The notes beneath the pieces were generated by a model, which saw only the letters and a list, made by a program, of their open reading frames with translations, ran no database searches and was not told the DNA's origin. From contig NC_068981.1 of the NCBI RefSeq assembly GCF_001194135.2, positions 127,501,663 to 127,565,662 on the forward strand: DNA of 64,000 nt, read 5' to 3'. A program made the position numbers and the translations under genes. Shown one piece after another: positions 63,444 to 64,000 of the stretch (its first letter is position 1; the number at the start of each line of letters is the position of its first letter). The stretch comes from Octopus bimaculoides (taxonomy: Eukaryota).

Positions 63444-64000
63444 ATTGTTGCATATTTTTCTTATTGTAATCATGTGTTTATCTTTTGTAACTGTTGGCCT
63501 ATAAAGTTCCAGGAAAACAAGTCTGCAAATCCAGTTTCAATTCATAGTGTTTCACATAATGCAAGTTGTTTAGCACCGTGTCTAGATCAAACTAAGGGGT
63601 GTTCCAACTTTGACCATTCAGTCTTATCTTTAGACATAGTATGTCTGGAGCTATATTGTCCAAAGTGTCCTGCTTTGTTTAAAATGGTAGGGTGTGATTT
63701 TGTGTGTGGTGAGTTTGGTTGCTGTTTCTAGCAGATCAAATAACTACTTAGAGGCTTTCCTCTTAAGTTCATGTAGGTGGCACATGTTCTTGATATTGGT
63801 GGGTTTCAAGTGTAAAATGAAAACTAGACACTTTGAGTGAAAAGGTTATCATTTCTTCTAATTCATTCTGAAGCTTTTTGGATTTGTGACATCACAAAGG
63901 AAATTAATAAAAAAAAGGGTTTTGGAGTTATATCTTTAGGAAAAAAAATACATTATATACTTTTTAAAATTTGTCATGCTTATATAAAACATGAGCTTGA

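Overview
AT-rich, repeat-dense eukaryotic scaffold with seven N-gaps. The SINE/RTE families look like those of Octopus (inference from recalled repeats, not a database hit). Three conserved spliceosomal-intron genes can be reconstructed exon by exon with GT-AG sites and consistent phases: the last four coding exons of PRPF4 (+, 2041-7634); a complete 12-exon Sec61 alpha gene (-, ATG 36443 to TAA 19428, 475 aa); and the first two exons of V-ATPase V0 subunit d (ATP6V0D1-like, +, 52454-61497, continuing past the window). The rest is a layered transposon landscape: many RTE LINE 3' ends, two tRNA-derived SINE families, a mariner nested in a SINE, a decayed hAT transposase, hAT and piggyBac MITEs, three Tx1-type LINE pieces, and Penelope, CR1 and HERO-like fragments. 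No CRISPR, rRNA or true tRNA gene was found, and I see no evidence of a new multi-gene system. The best leads are: a Tx1 LINE with a perfect 16-bp target duplication about 30 bp behind the TATA box of an LTR-like repeat; a perfect 25-bp hairpin in ATP6V0D1 intron 1; a Mutator-like foldback with ~325-bp arms around a gap; a foldback centred on (TA)n; a CLEAR/M-box motif upstream of the V-ATPase gene; and a possibly long, spliced Sec61 3' UTR. Repeat boundaries are approximate unless TSDs or TIRs are quoted.
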